Of a stretch of 64,000 bases of DNA, positions 49,574 to 59,086 are shown piece after piece; the first letter of the stretch is position 1, and the number at the start of each line of letters is the position of its first letter. The position numbers and the translations under genes were made by a program. The notes below the pieces were generated by a model. It had not been told where the DNA came from. It saw nothing but the letters and a program-made list of their open reading frames with translations, and made no database searches. The stretch is taken from assembly GCA_000004985.1 (NCBI GenBank), contig GG738857.1. One strand, 5' to 3'. The DNA comes from Naegleria gruberi. Lineage: Eukaryota.

Positions 49574-52500
49574 ATGTTGACAGGGAGCAGAGACTCTTCA
49601 TCAGTAGCTGCCGTTGACCAACAAGATCCACGAAGCCAAAAACAAGATATGACTTTCGAGTACACATATTTGATACAAGCACTATTGAATCAAAATCCAA
49701 AACTGAATAATTCTGAGTTTATTCAAGAGTTCAAAAAAAAGTTAGAGTCTTTTAAAGAAGATATTCAATCAGCCTACGAATTCACCGTTTCATTTAGTAA
49801 CTATTTAAAGAAGGGCAAGGATGGTACGTTGCACGAGTTGAAATCTTTCAAATTCTTGAAAGTGGCAAGTCACAAGCAACACTCATTTTTTCCAAAGAGG
49901 TTTTATGTAAAGGCAGTTGGTATTAATAATGATAGCACAACTGTATACCAATTACCAAAACTTATTGAGAGCAACAGAGTGTTTAGAAAATTTGACTTGA
50001 TGGATTTCATCAAAGTTCAGTTTTCTGAGAACAGCAAAGTTTTGGACATGATAACAATTCTTGACAAGAAATTCCAAGTTGTTGGTGGATCACAAAGCCA
50101 AATCAAAAAGGGATCTATTTACTACTATGACATCTCGAAACTGGAAACTGGAAAAACAGCCAATAGCTTGATGGATAAACTTGGAAAGTTCGATAATGAC
50201 TTTTTCAAGAAGATATCAAGACAAAGTTTAAATTTTACTCCTACTGTACGCATATGTACTCTTAAAAAGGATGATATTGTTGAAGAGGACGATACATATG
50301 CAGGGAATGGGTCCATATTATCGGATGGAATAGGCATGATATCTTATTCTTTTGCTGCTGAGCACTTGAAGAATGAAAAAGAAAACTTACCAACAGCATT
50401 CCAAGTAAGAATTGCTGGTTTTAAGGGGATGTTAACAGTGTATCCTGATGACATGCTAAAAAGAAAAGGAGTTAAAAAGAAAGTGATTTTGAGAAAAAGT
50501 ATGAAGAAATTTGAGTGTAACAAAGATGACAAATATGATCTAGAAATAGTGGCATCCACGAAGGAAGAGCCATCTCCCGCCTATTTTAACACACAAGTCT
50601 TTCTTTTGCTTTATTCACGCCGCATGAATTTCTTCTCTCAAAAGAAAATTGAGAATTATGATTATGATGTGATGAAAATACTGAAATCCCATTACGGTGA
50701 TGTTTTACCAAGTATTGATAGAGCGTCCTTTCACTCAAATCCTTTTTTGATAGATTTGTTGAGAAGTACACTAGCAAAGAAAAGAGATAATGGTAACATG
50801 TTGGTTACAGAAGGTATGACATGTTATGGTTTGCTGGATGAAACTAAAGAACTTAAAGAAAAGGAAGTTTTTGTAATGTTGGGAAACAAACATACCAAGT
50901 ACGCTAAACCAAATACCAAATTTTTAAAGAGTGGGACAAAGGTGTTAGTTTTCAGATATCCAGTATTGAATATAAATGAGATAAAGATGCTGACTGCAAA
51001 AGAACCTATCAATAATTTACAATTGAGTACAAATGATTGTGCAGTTGTTTTTTCAAGTGTATGTGCTGCATCTGATATTTCAGGTGACCTTGATGGTGAC
51101 AAGTATGTTGTTATTTGGGATGAATCATTATCCCTGATAGGAGATAATATTACAAAAAAAATTGAATTGAAAGAGAAAAAAAAGGAAGATAAAGAGGAGC
51201 AAACAGAGTATGAAGAAATTATACCAAAAACGAAAGTTACACCAAAAACACTTTCAGAAGCGTTCACTCATTTAATAATAGCGCAACAGTACGTCGGAAA
51301 GATAGTAACGACCTGGCAAAATACAATAATGAATGGAAGATACACATATCTAACAGAATCTAGAAAACTAGCCAAACAATTCCAAATTGCAATGGACTTT
51401 CCTAAAACTGGGATACTTCCAAACATTGATTTGCTGCACTCGCCTCCAAACTCTCCCCTAAAGACTGTAAGAAAGAGAATAGATTTTATGTACAATTTTT
51501 TGACTCCAATATCTGACAATTCTAAAGTTGCTAAAATACCACCAGATATCAAGCCTATTTTTGATAAATATATAGCAGAGATGGAACATTGGAAGTTGGT
51601 TTTGGGTATAGATGAAGTAGGAGTGATTACAAGAAAGAGTGTGTTTGAACCTATACAAGAGAAGTTTTCTAAACAATTAGAAGGAAAGTCAGTTCCAATG
51701 AGTTTGGGGAGTTTTTCATTGCTGATGAAACCATCTGGAAAGGCTAAAAAATCAAAATACTCCAGTTTTAAAACAATACTGGAGGGAAATTTCAGAGAAT
51801 TTGTCGAACAATATTTGAAAAGAATTTTTAATAATGGGAAGGAGGAATTGAAGTATTTACAAAATTCCCTTAAAGAAATTACAAACAACCAAATTCTTTG
51901 GAAATACATTGCTCAAAAGCCAAATCTATACCTCATTCTTACTTACCTTATAGATAGAAATAATACAATGATGAAATATGAACAGTTTGCTACAGATGAG
52001 TTGGTGTGGTCTTTTATCAAATATTGTATTTTAAAAGAATACCTTGTTCACGAAGATGAAAATCAGGCTGTTACTTACGAAAAGGAAGAGCCAAACCTGG
52101 AATACCTCCTTGTTGAATTTAAAAAAGATAACCATTTCACTACAGAAATAGATAAGTTGATTGGTTTTATTACTGATATTCCTAAAATGGATATATGGTA
52201 TCCGAGAATTAAGGAAGTTTGTGAAAAAGTTAATGTAGAATACATTCCATTTTCAGAATTACTTCCATTACCTAATGAAAAAATGCTCGGAAAAGGAATA
52301 CATGGAGAAGTGTTTCCAATGATGTTCCGATCAAAAAGAGTTGCTGTTAAAAAAGTTGAGTTTATATATCCAGATACTATTACTGGGTTTTTAGACGAGT
52401 TGGACCTTTTGGCAAAACTTAGAGGCCATGAAAATATAGCTGAATTGTATGCTGTTTCTCTTGATGGATACAATGGGTTTTTAATCATGGAATATTGTGA

Positions 52501-53128
52501 TTATGGATTATGGAATCACTATTTCAATAAGCAAAATAAGCAAAAACCAAAGATTAATTTTGACAAACTGCAATTCCTTTCATTACTCAATGATATAGCT
52601 AACGGAATGGAGTGGATGCACAAAAAAAATGTGTTACACAGAGATCTAACAGTCCATAATATTGTATTGCTAGAATATAAAGGAGAACAAGGACCATTCC
52701 TCAAAGCCAAGTTGATTGATTTCCATTTAAGTGTTTCCAAAGACTGGTCAGATGCTGAAGAGAAACTGAAATTCCTACCTCTTGAAAAATTAATCAAATG
52801 TTCTCCTGAAGCCATTAATGACAAATCAAATTATCATTTCCCAAGTGACGTTTTCATGTTTGGGAATATACTATGGGAAATATTGCACCGAGAGGAAATA
52901 TATCATCGGCTCAAATTTAAACATGCCATTCAATTGATTTTACAGGGAAAACTAAAACCTGTAACTGTAAAAATTGATTTAGAAGTTTTGAAAGTTTTGG
53001 AAAACTGTTGGAACCTTGATCCAGACCAAAGGCCTACATTTGAGAGCATAGTTAAGGAGCTTTCTTCTCTGCTTGAACATGAAAAGAAGAAACGAATGAG
53101 ATACAACCATTTCAATGCCTTAAAGTAA
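49574..53128 (+). CDS. RNA-dependent RNA polymerase (cellular RDR/QDE-1 type) fused to a C-terminal protein-kinase domain
   Basis: A single 1184-aa ORF. RdRP blocks: 'ILSDGIGMISYSFA', 'FQVRIAGFKGMLTVYPDDML', 'VLVFRYPVLNINEIKMLTA', the catalytic 'AVVFSSVCAASDISGDLDGDKYVVIWDE' (nt ~51060..51120), and 'QFQIAMDFPKTGI'. Kinase blocks (aa ~880–1184): 'LGKGIHGEVF', 'VAVKKV', 'HRDLTVHNIVL', 'LIDFHLS' (DFH in place of DFG), 'CSPEAI', 'DVFMFGNILWEIL'. Confidence 0.85.
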   Translation: MLTGSRDSSSVAAVDQQDPRSQKQDMTFEYTYLIQALLNQNPKLNNSEFIQEFKKKLESFKEDIQSAYEFTVSFSNYLKKGKDGTLHELKSFKFLKVASHKQHSFFPKRFYVKAVGINNDSTTVYQLPKLIESNRVFRKFDLMDFIKVQFSENSKVLDMITILDKKFQVVGGSQSQIKKGSIYYYDISKLETGKTANSLMDKLGKFDNDFFKKISRQSLNFTPTVRICTLKKDDIVEEDDTYAGNGSILSDGIGMISYSFAAEHLKNEKENLPTAFQVRIAGFKGMLTVYPDDMLKRKGVKKKVILRKSMKKFECNKDDKYDLEIVASTKEEPSPAYFNTQVFLLLYSRRMNFFSQKKIENYDYDVMKILKSHYGDVLPSIDRASFHSNPFLIDLLRSTLAKKRDNGNMLVTEGMTCYGLLDETKELKEKEVFVMLGNKHTKYAKPNTKFLKSGTKVLVFRYPVLNINEIKMLTAKEPINNLQLSTNDCAVVFSSVCAASDISGDLDGDKYVVIWDESLSLIGDNITKKIELKEKKKEDKEEQTEYEEIIPKTKVTPKTLSEAFTHLIIAQQYVGKIVTTWQNTIMNGRYTYLTESRKLAKQFQIAMDFPKTGILPNIDLLHSPPNSPLKTVRKRIDFMYNFLTPISDNSKVAKIPPDIKPIFDKYIAEMEHWKLVLGIDEVGVITRKSVFEPIQEKFSKQLEGKSVPMSLGSFSLLMKPSGKAKKSKYSSFKTILEGNFREFVEQYLKRIFNNGKEELKYLQNSLKEITNNQILWKYIAQKPNLYLILTYLIDRNNTMMKYEQFATDELVWSFIKYCILKEYLVHEDENQAVTYEKEEPNLEYLLVEFKKDNHFTTEIDKLIGFITDIPKMDIWYPRIKEVCEKVNVEYIPFSELLPLPNEKMLGKGIHGEVFPMMFRSKRVAVKKVEFIYPDTITGFLDELDLLAKLRGHENIAELYAVSLDGYNGFLIMEYCDYGLWNHYFNKQNKQKPKINFDKLQFLSLLNDIANGMEWMHKKNVLHRDLTVHNIVLLEYKGEQGPFLKAKLIDFHLSVSKDWSDAEEKLKFLPLEKLIKCSPEAINDKSNYHFPSDVFMFGNILWEILHREEIYHRLKFKHAIQLILQGKLKPVTVKIDLEVLKVLENCWNLDPDQRPTFESIVKELSSLLEHEKKKRMRYNHFNALK

Positions 53129-53320
53129 CAGAAAATTGTCACATTATTCATAACATTCTATCACATAATAAATTAAATTCAGAAAATATTCCAAATCCAA
53201 TAACTGCCAATTTTTGAGATTTTTCTTCTTTTGAGTAATAGAGTTGAGAATATCCTCAAGTTCTACTTGGGACATTCCTGGTAATTTTCATGAAACATGT
53301 TGATGATAATTAAATATTAA

Positions 53321-56278
53321 TTGAAAAAAATGAAAAAACGAATTTTGGCGAGAGTTGTTGATAAATCCGATAATTGCTCGAAGCCTTGTTCATCATCTTT
53401 ATCAAATAATAATAATAATCACATTATGAATGAAGACTTGGATAATTATTATCAAAATAATTTTGTTATTGGAGATTGGGGATTTATTCCGAAGGAATGG
53501 ATTTGGGAGATTTGTTCCTTTCTCTTCCCGATTGATTATATGAAGTTAATTTGGATGAATAGTCATTGGTATCATAGTATCCGAGGATTTGCTTCTCATC
53601 AGGAAGAGTTTAGATTCACCAAATTTATATTTGATAGGATCATGTTGTCGAGTTGTAAATATTCTCATCAGAAACAATTGGAAAAACATTCGGAAATGGA
53701 TGAAGGAATCAGCCAAGAGCAATATTCAACATTTTTGGAATCTAATAGGAAACAGGTTCATTCATTGTTTAATTTGTTTTTCACTGGTGTTCGCCATTGG
53801 TATTTTAGTGATTTGTTTATAGAAAAAGAATTAATTACGTGGTGTTTAGGTAGTGATGAGGAAAATCCGAATAATACTTTGGAGAGCATTACATTTTTCA
53901 ATTGTAAATTGGAATGTGGATTGGCACAGAATATTGCAAATAGTACGAGTAATTTGAGAGAGATTAATCTTCCTTATAGTGGATTTTGTGACATTGAAGT
54001 GACAAGGCAAAAGAATCTTCGGTTTGTGGACTCGTATCAGTCACAGTTCATGTCCTTCCTCTTGTTTCAAAATGATTTTTCGTCGATAGAGAAGGGAAAA
54101 TATAAAACAAAATCCATAGATCACGAAAAGAAACAAAACCGAGTGGAAGATGATAATTCACACATATTGGGAAATATTGACATCCTTGAATTATTGCCAT
54201 TTTTCAATGATAGTACCAATAAGAGTTTTGAAACTTTAAAGTATATTTATTTGGAGGCATACGATGGTATATCCGAGTCACATATTTCTCAGGACATTAC
54301 TCAAACTCATGGAAATTTGATAACGAGCAATTCAGACGACAGAGAATTTTTACAGAGGAATATATTTAAAAAGAATAATCAATACTTTACATGGATAAAC
54401 CTTCCAGATACAAGGAATAAGAGATTGGAAGTACCACTAGAGTTGTGCAAGGTTGGTGACCTGGATCATCAGCTCAAATCTGTGATATTTTCCAATGCAG
54501 ATGAAGAGGGGGAAGAAGAATTTGGAAGGAGAAAAACTCCACAAGATTTAATTTATTTGGCTGCCATACTGCCTTCACACATTAATTTGATTTGTTTCTG
54601 TGGTTTGGAATCGTTCAAGACGAGAAGTGACTCAATAGACTCATATTTTGAATGTGTAGGATTTGAAAAGTGCTATGGAAAGACCAGTGCTCCTCCCTGT
54701 GTTCTTCTTAGCTCGCTGCAATCGAACAAGCACAAGGACTTGCCAACCGTATTCCTCAAATTGCAAAATAATCTGCGAAAGAGAAACAAGACGAGGAAGG
54801 AATTCTCCCTAGTCAATTATTACGGCATTGAAAATCATTCTGGTGTTTATGGACATATTCACAGATTGACTGATGTTATTATTTGGGGTGATATTCAAAA
54901 AGTAGACTATTTGCTGAATATGGGATTTCATATTCATGATTTATTGTACTTTGCACAAGTGAATAGTGCATTGTATACACACGATGATTCCTCAGATACG
55001 TGTGAGTGCTACCTGAGTGATTTGATGTTTTCCATAGTATTTTTCGGAATTGTACATAGGAAGGGTGAAAATTTCTTAGAGTTATTAGGATTACTGACAA
55101 GGTTTGGAATGGAGAAGTTATTTGGACCCTTGTTGAATGTTTGGGAGAATAATTATTTGGATGTAAAGTTATTGGAAAGTTTAACTCTTGTAGATTTATT
55201 AATTGTTATGAAACTTTACAAGTCTATGCTTTCATTTTCAATGATGTTTCCAGTCATCAAGACAGAATTCTTTGTAAAGATTGATTCTGATGAACATGAT
55301 CATGAAATTAGAGACATGCTGGACTTGGATTTATTGGAGAGTAATTTGAAAGATTTATGGACCTGGTTGTTTGCTTCAATTGAACTATTGATGGAAGAGT
55401 TTTGGAATAGAGTTTATAAAAAGAAATCCTCTCTGATTGGTGTGAAAATCGAATCAAAGAGGGAACAGCCAGTGAGAATGGCCAAGATAATCAAACGACT
55501 AGAAAAAGGAGACTCGGCCATGTTTGATCAGGCAGAGAATGATTTAAATGAACTGAAAAAGGACTCGTTATGGAATTTCTTTATGACTGTGGATCATTCC
55601 TACATTGGAGAGCTCAGAGAAGAAGAGGAATGGTCTGGAGTATTGGAATCTGAAGATTTTGATTGGATTAATTATTGTGACAATCCAGATCAAGCATCTA
55701 GAATTGGAATGATTATGAATAGTATTTGCATGGATCAGAGATTTGAATCGCCCATTCTCTCGGCAAGTTTAAACTGCAATGAGGATGGTATTCGATTTTT
55801 GTTGGAAAAACTTCCTCCCTTAAATGTGGAATCTAGAACTGAACGATTTACTGAATGGCTCAATGAACCTCGTTTCCACGATACAACCAACAGAACTGTC
55901 ACTCTATACGACGTTGTGGAATCTTCTTATCCAATTCTACGAGTATGTGATTTACTTTGTTTTAAACCTGTAGTGGTAGCTGGCATGATGCTAATTTATT
56001 GTCATGACGATAATGAATCGGACGAATCAATTGATTATCTTTCTCTCTTTAAGAGCTTGTTGGCAGATATTTATTTTGAAACTGGAAGTATGAGAGATAT
56101 TCCAGATATTGACATGTCCCTTACCAAATTCATTTCCAAATTGGATGTCAAGAAGAAATCAACTCCCTACTCGACAACATCTGTCTCTGAAGATCGAAGA
56201 TTATCTACCTTAATTTATTTAACAGAAATTGGATGTAAAACAGTTTCCTCGAGAAGAGGTAGATCTTCCAATAGGTAG
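53321..56278 (+). CDS. F-box protein, 985 aa
   Basis: N-terminal F-box 'IPKEWIWEICSFLFPIDYMKLIWMNSHWYHSI' matches LPxEIxxxIlxxLxxxDLxxxxxVcKxW. The remainder is unassigned and possibly LRR-like. It lies 192 bp downstream of the RdRP-kinase gene on the same strand. Confidence 0.55.
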   Translation: MKKMKKRILARVVDKSDNCSKPCSSSLSNNNNNHIMNEDLDNYYQNNFVIGDWGFIPKEWIWEICSFLFPIDYMKLIWMNSHWYHSIRGFASHQEEFRFTKFIFDRIMLSSCKYSHQKQLEKHSEMDEGISQEQYSTFLESNRKQVHSLFNLFFTGVRHWYFSDLFIEKELITWCLGSDEENPNNTLESITFFNCKLECGLAQNIANSTSNLREINLPYSGFCDIEVTRQKNLRFVDSYQSQFMSFLLFQNDFSSIEKGKYKTKSIDHEKKQNRVEDDNSHILGNIDILELLPFFNDSTNKSFETLKYIYLEAYDGISESHISQDITQTHGNLITSNSDDREFLQRNIFKKNNQYFTWINLPDTRNKRLEVPLELCKVGDLDHQLKSVIFSNADEEGEEEFGRRKTPQDLIYLAAILPSHINLICFCGLESFKTRSDSIDSYFECVGFEKCYGKTSAPPCVLLSSLQSNKHKDLPTVFLKLQNNLRKRNKTRKEFSLVNYYGIENHSGVYGHIHRLTDVIIWGDIQKVDYLLNMGFHIHDLLYFAQVNSALYTHDDSSDTCECYLSDLMFSIVFFGIVHRKGENFLELLGLLTRFGMEKLFGPLLNVWENNYLDVKLLESLTLVDLLIVMKLYKSMLSFSMMFPVIKTEFFVKIDSDEHDHEIRDMLDLDLLESNLKDLWTWLFASIELLMEEFWNRVYKKKSSLIGVKIESKREQPVRMAKIIKRLEKGDSAMFDQAENDLNELKKDSLWNFFMTVDHSYIGELREEEEWSGVLESEDFDWINYCDNPDQASRIGMIMNSICMDQRFESPILSASLNCNEDGIRFLLEKLPPLNVESRTERFTEWLNEPRFHDTTNRTVTLYDVVESSYPILRVCDLLCFKPVVVAGMMLIYCHDDNESDESIDYLSLFKSLLADIYFETGSMRDIPDIDMSLTKFISKLDVKKKSTPYSTTSVSEDRRLSTLIYLTEIGCKTVSSRRGRSSNR

Positions 56279-56339
56279 TTTTCCACAAATTTTAAACTAA
56301 ATTGGAATTTGATATTTTTATAATTATTAGAAATAATAA

Positions 56340-56867
56340 TTATGGTAATTGTATTGGATTTGAATTCTTATCATAAAGTTGACCACCATGATCTTCACAC
56401 AAATACGAAACTCTATCAGCATCTTCCCTAGGTGCCGTAATTAAGAGCTGCACTGATTCATCATCATCCTTTTCCTCCTTCACATCCAATAATATTTTAA
56501 AAAAGGTAGAAACCAATTGTTCATTCAATTCCTCATCTTCCCTTTCCAATACTGGAATGGAAACTACATTTACAAGTACATACGAAAGATCGTCCTCATG
56601 GTAATTTCTCAACATGGTAAAGAAACCATCCCAAAACTTTTGGAAATCCGAATCAAGTGCCTTCTCGAAACAGTTAAATACATCTTCCTCTGATGTGATA
56701 TTTTCCTTGTCAATATTCACAATTTTGACAGTTTTGTTATTTGTGATGGAAATGATTTTTGATGCAGCAGATGCAACTGTTTTCATGTCCTCTGCATCTA
56801 GCAGTACAACATCTCGTTCACCACATCTATTTCCTTCCACAAGTCTGTCAATAATGGCGTTTGGCAT
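56340..56867 (-). CDS. small acidic protein with barstar-like (RNase-inhibitor fold) features
   Basis: 175 aa. 'ITSEEDVFNCFEKALDSDFQKFWDGFFTMLRNYHEDDLSYVLVNV' resembles barstar '[41 protein letters not shown]'. Low sequence identity, so this is tentative. Confidence 0.3.
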   Translation of the reverse strand: MPNAIIDRLVEGNRCGERDVVLLDAEDMKTVASAASKIISITNNKTVKIVNIDKENITSEEDVFNCFEKALDSDFQKFWDGFFTMLRNYHEDDLSYVLVNVVSIPVLEREDEELNEQLVSTFFKILLDVKEEKDDDESVQLLITAPREDADRVSYLCEDHGGQLYDKNSNPIQLP

Positions 56868-57166
56868 GATGTGTTTTTTTTTATGTTTGTTTAATATTTA
56901 ACTGTTCGTGCTTTTTCGCCATTTCAGTGATAAGTCGGAGCGAAATTATTAATCCACTAATGGAATGAACACTATTTTAGAAAACAAATATAAGCGTTTA
57001 CAATGTATTTACTGCATCAATATTGATTTTAAATATCCAAGTATGTTAAAATGAAACTGTTGTATTTTATTCTAATAATTATTTGTAATGATCTCTTTGA
57101 TTTAATATTATTTACAATTTTCCTTTTTTCAAAATTGATTTTTTCCAAATTTTCTAATTTCCCAAT

Positions 57167-58177
57167 TTAATCCTTTCTCGATATTTTTCTCTTTTTCTTT
57201 TTCAAATTCTTCTTTGGTCGTTTTACATGCAAATGATCATGAACAGGTGGTTCATTTGGCAATGTCAAACAAACAATTGGTGTGTCCATAGCCACCACTG
57301 GATCCATATTCACAATATTATGTGGCATTCTCTTTTGTGGTGAATGTAAGATGATGGTATTCTTTGGATCGACATGTCCTTTATCAAACCACAAACTCGA
57401 TGGTAAACTATTCGATCGATTCTTCCTTAATAAATCCACAAGAGCTGGTTCTTCAAAGATGGAGTCTCTTTGGGCATCTCCAGAAATTGTTGGTTGACTA
57501 TTAAGAGAATGAGAGGATGAATCATGTTGGAATGCATTGATTGGATGTACTCTGTTTTTGGGAGATTTATTGCCATGCATGGATCGAGAAGCATTTGGAG
57601 AGGAGGAAGATAAGGGAAGCATGTAAGCCAATCCATCTTCGGATGTGATGGACATGGATCGATTGGCATGTATTGGTCTACTATCTAGTGGTGTTGGAGA
57701 TTTGTGTTGATTCTCAAGAGCTCCATCGTGATGAGCATGTCCTTTCCGATGATGCTGTGAAAAGTGTTGTTCTTGTTGAGAATTTGATGAAGGAGAGGAA
57801 GGTTGGGAAAGAGAATAAGTTGTTTTCAGGATGGATTTTGGAGGAGAGGATGAATATGATATCCTGTACTTGTTTTCACTAGAAGGTAATGTCGTTGTTA
57901 TCGAAGAGGAATTATCAAACGTTGAATGAATATTATTATTCATCATTGTCATGGAGTGTTGTTGTTGCATATTGATGGAGGGTCGAATCATCATGTTATT
58001 CCTCCGAATGGATTGTATTGAATTATTAAGCACATCATCATTGAGGAATTTGGCTGGATTGCCTGAATCATCCTCTCGACATGAATCATAGCCAAATGTT
58101 GAAGCCGATGATGAAGAACCTGCTGCTGATGAGGAGGACACTGATGAGAAGAATCCATTGGATGCTCTATTGCCCAT
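57167..58177 (-). CDS. Ser-rich disordered protein with an N-terminal 'MGNRAS' myristoylation consensus and a C-terminal basic NLS-like tail
   Basis: ATG ORF of 336 aa. 'MGNRASNG' has Gly2 and Ser6. Ends 'KRPKKNLKKKKRKISRKD'. Confidence 0.5.
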   Translation of the reverse strand: MGNRASNGFFSSVSSSSAAGSSSSASTFGYDSCREDDSGNPAKFLNDDVLNNSIQSIRRNNMMIRPSINMQQQHSMTMMNNNIHSTFDNSSSITTTLPSSENKYRISYSSSPPKSILKTTYSLSQPSSPSSNSQQEQHFSQHHRKGHAHHDGALENQHKSPTPLDSRPIHANRSMSITSEDGLAYMLPLSSSSPNASRSMHGNKSPKNRVHPINAFQHDSSSHSLNSQPTISGDAQRDSIFEEPALVDLLRKNRSNSLPSSLWFDKGHVDPKNTIILHSPQKRMPHNIVNMDPVVAMDTPIVCLTLPNEPPVHDHLHVKRPKKNLKKKKRKISRKD

Positions 58178-59086
58178 TCTCTATGCTGATGAAATGATTT
58201 ATATATATTTATTTTGGCTGTTCCTTAATGCCCTATTCCAAATGAACATACAGTAAGGAAAAGGAACACAATTTTTCTACTAGTTAATTACCATCACGAT
58301 TTTGTTGATGTTCTCCTCTCGGTTGCTTCTAACAATCGCATAATTTCCAACTCGAGTAAAATAGATTACCATTTATTTACAAGCTAAGGCTTGTTTAATG
58401 ACCATTATTTCCGTGACGGACATCATGATGGACAATAGGGAATCACTTCCGCGCGATCATCCACCATAACCATTAAGGTCATGAAAAATTTATTAAGGAA
58501 GAAAAACTTGTATTGATTGATCAAATCGATAATATTTATGGCCACGTTGAAGAAAATTGGACGAACATTAATTACTCGATTTTCCAATTTTACTCTTGCT
58601 CCTAGATTGTTCACTTGAAACACAAAAACTTCATAACGAATAAATTCCCACAACAAATCAATGACTATTTTCAATTCTTCATGGACTATTTAGTAAGGCA
58701 CATATCAATGCTACAATAAGCTCATAGATCTCTCAATATTGATCAGTGTAATAATTGAGAAAATTCCCAAATAAGGTCTTTATATCCGTACTAAGGTGAT
58801 TAGAAAGCAATTGTTTTATATTATAAAAAGAACTCATGTGGAAATTACATTACCTTAGAATGACATGACTCCTTCGCCGTATTTTAAATGCTAGGGTTGT
58901 GCCACAGGTCAATTCTATATAAGGAAATTAAGGTGGCGAAACTTTTGAACATATGCTTAGAAAATTAGTTGTAGTCAGTGAAATAAATAGAACGGTTACT
59001 ATTTGTGATAATTAGCAAGTTCATCCAATCTGTCAGACATCAAGGAGAGAGTTGTTCACTAGCCAAAGATTCCACCACGTAAAAAA

